Assembly: GCF_006345805.1 (NCBI RefSeq)
Contig: NC_043014.1
Location: 24,614,001-24,678,000, forward strand
DNA length: 64,000 nucleotides
Direction: 5' to 3'
Origin: Octopus sinensis
Lineage: Eukaryota
The translations under genes were made by a program, and so were the position numbers. The notes beneath the pieces were generated by a model. It searched no databases and had not been told where the DNA came from. It saw only the letters and a program-made list of their open reading frames with translations. Positions 61,618 through 64,000 of the stretch are shown one piece after another. Positions within the stretch are counted from its first letter, which is position 1. Each line of letters opens with the position of its first letter.

Positions 61618-64000
61618 ACGAAGGTGGAGGTGGAAGTGGAGGTAATGATGTGGTCAAAGGTGCATGTGCAGGTGGATGTGTAGGTGGTTGTAAAGGATCA
61701 AAAGTGGGCGTCACTGGAGTGTCATTGAAATGTGAGGAAACCTCAAAATATACCTATTTAAGTCTGTCGACTGACACGGTCACTGCCCGGCCATTGATTT
61801 CTGCTAGCTTTGTGTTACATTTACAAAGTGGTGGACATTTATGCTTAGTCCTTGCATCTCCTGTTTATCATGTGAGGATAGTCTTGAAAGAGCATCCGCC
61901 AATATCAGGTCTTTTCCTGGCTTGTACCTGATATCGTAGTCGTATGTTTGAAGCCTTAACAGTAATCTTTGCAGTCTTGCTGGTGCTTAGCGGGCGATGG
62001 TCTGTTTCAATATTGAAATGTCTGCCATACAGGTATGTATGGAACTTTTCACATCCATATACTACTGTCAGGAGTTCCCTTTCAATATTTGCGTACCTTG
62101 TCTCTGTGGGTGAGAAAAGCTTTCGAGGCATATGCAATCGGTTTACCTTCCTGTATCAGTGCTGCGCCAACTCCTCTCATAAGAAGCATCGACTTGGGGT
62201 ATTACTGGTTTGCGTGTCATAGTATTGCAGAGTTGTCTCCTTACTGATGAGCTTTTTGATTGCCTTGAAATCCTGTGTGTGTGAAGCACACCAATCAAAC
62301 TCTACGTCATCTTTGTTTAGTTCTCGGAGATTTGCAGTGTGATCGGCCAGCTTGGGTATGAAGGCTCCCATGTAGTGGATGAGTCCCAGGAAGCTTCTGA
62401 GTTCCTTCTTGTCTTTGGGTTCTTAGCGGGGTCTTTGAACTCCTTTGCTTTTATCACACACTTGTCTGCATTGAGTTTGATACCTGCTTGTCGGGTTTTC
62501 TCCTTAGCTTCATGTAAATTCAAGTCATGTGTGGTCTCATCCTTGCCATGCACTTGGGTATCATCTGCTATCCCAATTACTCCATTGCAGCCTTGGTAGG
62601 TCTCATCTATTTGGTGCTGGAAAACATCTTGGCTCACCTTCAATCCAAATGGGAGTCGGTTGAATCGATATCTGCCAAATGGTGTGTTGAAGGTAGTGAG
62701 CATGGATGACTCTTTGTCTATCTTTACATTCCAGTACCCATTACTGGCATCCAGTTTGCTGAATAATTTGTATCCAGCCAATGATGGTGTGATTTCTTCA
62801 AGAGTTGGAATTGGATGGTACTCTCTTTTTAATGCCTTGTTCAGGTCCCTTGGGTCGATGCATATCCGTAGGGTACCATTGGGTTTTTCCTTGATTACAA
62901 TTGGATTCATCCAGTCTGTTGGTTGTGTCACTTTGGTGATTATTTCTTTTTTTCCATTTTGTCCAAATCTGCCTTCAGCTTCTCTTTTAGTTCTAGAGGG
63001 ACGCGGCGAGGTAGGTGAACAATTGGTTTGATATTGGGGTCGACTGTTATATGGTATCGACATTTCACAAAGCACCCGACTGTATCGTCAAAGCATTCAG
63101 GGTACATACTTATCAGTTCTTCTTTGTGATTGGTGGTCGGTCTTTGATGGGCATATCTCTGTCAATCCTGCTCGGAGCTGCCTTCACTTCACCATTAATT
63201 GACACAATATTAAGCTTTTTGCAGGTATTGAGTCCAAGAATCGCTGGTCCTTCTGTTCTTGTGACATAAAAAGAACACTTGATTATTTTTCCTTTGTGTG
63301 TCCCTGTGATTGTTGTTTTGCCCAGTTGTGGAATCCTGGTACCTCCGTACGCAGTGAGGATTACATTACTTGGTGTGAGGATTCCTTCTTTGACTTTATC
63401 CTCTTGTGTCATGTGTTCTGGGAACATCTTTTTGTAGAGGTTGACAGGCAAGATATCACTCTGGGCTCCAGTGTCAATCTTTAGCCTTAAGTCAATGTTT
63501 ATTTGTTTCTTGCCAGACTTCTTTTGTATTCGTATCGTTGTGTATGCCTCATATTTTTTTCTGGTCGTCATTTCCTATCTCATGCACATTTATTGTGCCG
63601 ACTGCCAAGAATTCCTCCTCTGAGGTGTTTTGTTCTTGTTGTTGGCATGTATATCTCTTTGTTTTCTATTTCCGTTCCTCTTTGAAAATTAGGGCTTGTT
63701 TTTCTGGGATTTTGTTAGCCTACACATTTCCCCCCAGTGGTTGGGTTTTCCACATCCTTAGCAGTGTGTACCGAATGCAGGACATTTCTTCCGGTTATTG
63801 AACTCATGCTCCGTACCACAGTACGGGCATGTTCTTTGTTTGCGGTTATGTTTCGTCCTATGCCTAGATACAATATCTACACTGCTGCCTAGTGCGCTTG
63901 TTTGTAAGTGAGGACATTTGTTTGGTAGTGGCTTCGAATGCCCTTGCAGTGTCTACTGCTTCTATCAACTGGAGAGCGTCCTTACCTATGAGGGATTTCT
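61618..64000 (-). mobile_element. Decayed Ty3/Gypsy LTR retrotransposon (gag end, PR, RT, RNase H, integrase tail), continues beyond window
   Basis: CPYCGTEH..CGKPNHW; LKIDTGAQ; LRICIDPRDLN, FSKLDASNGYW, RLPFGL, IADD; [16 protein letters not shown]; TVSVDRLK. Confidence 0.92.

Overview
This is repeat-saturated, AT-rich animal DNA. The SINE, RTE, Penelope and Helitron families and the (TA)n/(TG)n load resemble an octopus genome, which is an inference from recalled repeat families. No host protein-coding gene is confidently recognised; there are only three weak exon candidates. The window is nested mobile elements: a decayed hAT/Buster transposon, tRNA-type SINEs, several RTE LINEs (one with a PHD-like finger inside its RT and a 2.3-kb 3'UTR tandem array), at least four Penelope-like elements (PLEs) with RT and/or GIY-YIG remnants, a nearly intact CR1/L2-group LINE whose ORF1 has a CCCH finger, a 13-kb Helitron nest with a head-to-tail CTAG|TC junction, and a deleted Gypsy element running off the right end. 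The strongest hidden signal is RNA-level. More than a dozen type-I hammerhead ribozyme motifs from several unrelated repeat families were found by eye on both strands. All have a self-complementary stem/loop III, and many have long structured stem-II extensions. One carries the compensatory U3:A8 core and sits in a 353-bp tandem repeat abutting a PLE, making it a candidate retrozyme/circRNA unit. Element boundaries are approximate (about +/-10-30 nt) unless a motif is quoted.
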